Shown: positions 62,157 to 64,000 of the stretch, in pieces | Position numbering within the stretch: the stretch's first letter is position 1 | Layout: each line of letters opens with the position of its first letter | Assembly: GCA_043799545.1 (NCBI GenBank) | Contig: JAZDNO010000030.1 | Location: forward strand, 24,101 to 88,100 | Direction: 5' to 3' | From: Methanobacteriota archaeon | GTDB taxonomy: Archaea > Thermoplasmatota > Thermoplasmata > SG8-5 > DAIRED01 | DNA length: 64,000 nt | Notes under the pieces: generated by a model | The model's database searches: none | Told to the model about the DNA's origin: nothing | What the model saw: only the letters and a program-made list of their open reading frames with translations | Program-made: the position numbers and the translations under genes

Positions 62157-63980
62157 TTACAGTATTTGCATGAGCAGGTCGCCCGGTTTGACGGCCACGC
62201 CTTCCTTCACGAAGACTTCCTTGACCTCTCCAGCCTTCTCGGACTTTATCTCCTGCTCCATCTTCATGGCCTCGATTGTGGCTATGACCTCGCCCACCGC
62301 GACCTTGTCTCCCTTGCACTTCTTCACCTTGAGGATGGTTCCCTGCATCTGGCTCTTCACGCCACCCTCGACTTCCTTTGGCGCGGCGGCTGTCGCACCG
62401 CAAGCTCCGCCTGACACAATGTACCCGCCTGTTGGCTTGACCTTCACCTCGAAAGCCTCGCCGTCCACCTCCACCGCGAACTCGGTCGGTATCGAGGCCG
62501 GGCCTCCCGGAGCCTTCGGTTCCTCACCGTAGATGAAGACCTGCTTGAGCTCCGGCAGGAATGACTTGACCATCGCCTTGGTGTACTCGTGGTCGATGGG
62601 CAGCGGCAGCTGGCTGGAGGTGAACTCCGGCGGTGCCTCGCCCTTGAAGAACTTCACGGCTACCTTCGGGTAAAGCGCGTATGTGATGACGTCCTCCTCC
62701 TTCTTCAGGAGGCCCATCTCATACAATTCCTTCTTCCTCTGGTCGAACTGCGGCTTGAGCAAATCTGCGGGCCGGCAGTCGATGACCTCGTCCTTCCACT
62801 TCGGGCCGAGGACTTTTTCGTAGATTTCCGGCTTGATGGGGACCGGCGTCTTGCCGTACATCCCGCGGACGTAATCCTTCGTTTCCTGGGGGATGTTCTT
62901 GTACCTGCCGAACAGGACGTTCATGACGGCCTGGACTCCGACCACCTGGCTCGTCGGTGTGACAAGGGGCGGGTAGCCGAGTTCTTCACGAACTTTCGGG
63001 ACCTCGTCCAAAACGGCCTGGTAGGCGTTTCCCGCGCCCTGAAGCTCGAGCTGCGAGACTAGGTTGGACAGCATCCCGCCCGGAATCTGGTGGACAGTGA
63101 CGGACGGATCCGGCCGAATTGCCTCCATCCTGTGCAGGTGCCTGTACTTCTTCCAAATTTCCATGAAGTACTTGCGTATCTCCATCAGGAGATGGATGTC
63201 GTACTTTGTGTCGTACTCGGTGTCCTTGAGCGCCTGGACGATGGATTCCGTGGGCGGAGCGGCCGTTCCGCCAGACAGCGGCGACATCGCTGTGTCGAGC
63301 AAGTCGACGCCTGCGTCGAGCGCACGGGCAAATCCAATTCCCTCCATACCGCTGGTGCAGTGCGTGTGCAAGTCGAATGGCAGCTTTCCGCCAGCGTCCT
63401 TGTAACCCTTGATGATGTCGTAGGCGTGCTTGGGGAAGACCATCCCGGCCATGTCCTTGATGCAGACGCTGTCGCATCCCATCTTCTCCAGCTCCATCAG
63501 GGTGTCCACGAAGCGCTCCGTGGTGTGCACGGGGCTGATGGTGTATGAGATGCAGCCCTGGGCGTGCCCGCCGACCGCCTTTACGAATTCAATCGGCTTC
63601 TTCATGTTCCTCAGGTCGTTGAGCGCGTCGAATATCCTGAAGTTGTCCACGCCGTTCTTCTTGGCGTAGAAAATGAACTTCTGGACGATGTCGTCGGGGA
63701 AGTTCCAGTATGCGACGATGTTCATTGCCCTCTCGAGCATCTGCATCTTCGTGTTCGGCATCGCCTTCTTGAGCTGGTTTATCCTCACCCAGGGGTCCTC
63801 GTTCAAGTATCGTATCGGGACGTCGAAAGTGGCTCCGCCCCAGACCTCCAGGGCCCAGAATCCGACCTGGTCCATCTTTGCCGCGATGGGCAGCATGTCC
63901 TCGGTCCTCATTCTCGTTGCTAGCAGGGACTGGTGCGCGTCCCTGAACGACAGGTCTATTAGTTGTACCAATTCAGTCAC
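62157..63980 (-). CDS. pycB: Pyruvate carboxylase subunit B (carboxyltransferase plus biotin carrier)
   Basis: RDAHQSLLATR, WGGATFD, CIKDMAG, HTHCTSG, GYPPLVTPTSQ, EAMKM. Confidence 0.93.
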   Translation of the reverse strand: MTELVQLIDLSFRDAHQSLLATRMRTEDMLPIAAKMDQVGFWALEVWGGATFDVPIRYLNEDPWVRINQLKKAMPNTKMQMLERAMNIVAYWNFPDDIVQKFIFYAKKNGVDNFRIFDALNDLRNMKKPIEFVKAVGGHAQGCISYTISPVHTTERFVDTLMELEKMGCDSVCIKDMAGMVFPKHAYDIIKGYKDAGGKLPFDLHTHCTSGMEGIGFARALDAGVDLLDTAMSPLSGGTAAPPTESIVQALKDTEYDTKYDIHLLMEIRKYFMEIWKKYRHLHRMEAIRPDPSVTVHQIPGGMLSNLVSQLELQGAGNAYQAVLDEVPKVREELGYPPLVTPTSQVVGVQAVMNVLFGRYKNIPQETKDYVRGMYGKTPVPIKPEIYEKVLGPKWKDEVIDCRPADLLKPQFDQRKKELYEMGLLKKEEDVITYALYPKVAVKFFKGEAPPEFTSSQLPLPIDHEYTKAMVKSFLPELKQVFIYGEEPKAPGGPASIPTEFAVEVDGEAFEVKVKPTGGYIVSGGACGATAAAPKEVEGGVKSQMQGTILKVKKCKGDKVAVGEVIATIEAMKMEQEIKSEKAGEVKEVFVKEGVAVKPGDLLMQIL

Positions 63981-64000
63981 CCTCTGCTGGGAGGTATGGC

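Overview
GC-rich archaeal chromosome segment, most consistent with Thermoplasmatota (aIF-1A/Rio1/KH triad, DnaK with the lineage-type '[12 protein letters not shown]' segment, bacterial-type gyrase, MptA, Tsr3, Trm112). About 60 CDS: ribosome/RNA maturation, heat-shock operon (ArsR-hsp20-grpE-dnaK-dnaJ), acyl-CoA dehydrogenase and crotonase, carAB, aspS, metG, gyrBA, rocD, a split LKR/SDH saccharopine pair, and pycBA-birA. Several AT-richer 1-2 gene islets are interspersed (thyX plus dUTPase-like gene, surface proteins, a B12 radical SAM). I found no rRNA, tRNA, CRISPR array, integrase or transposase. The most notable signals are not in the ORF track. (1) A ~130-nt independently transcribed box C/D sRNA (31298-31428, minus) with a structured 62-nt insert; its two guides point by the D+5 rule to tRNA-Met C34 and 23S rRNA C1920. 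(2) A dispersed ~95-125 bp structured repeat family (1665-1788, 16767-16924, 42069-42197) with conserved A-poor loops and swapped stems, overlapping host stop codons. (3) Candidate cis-elements: a triple operator with 21-bp period, paired TCACATGTGA sites next to TATA boxes, and shared G-quadruplex-type tracts. All family assignments come from motif recognition by eye; no database searches were run.
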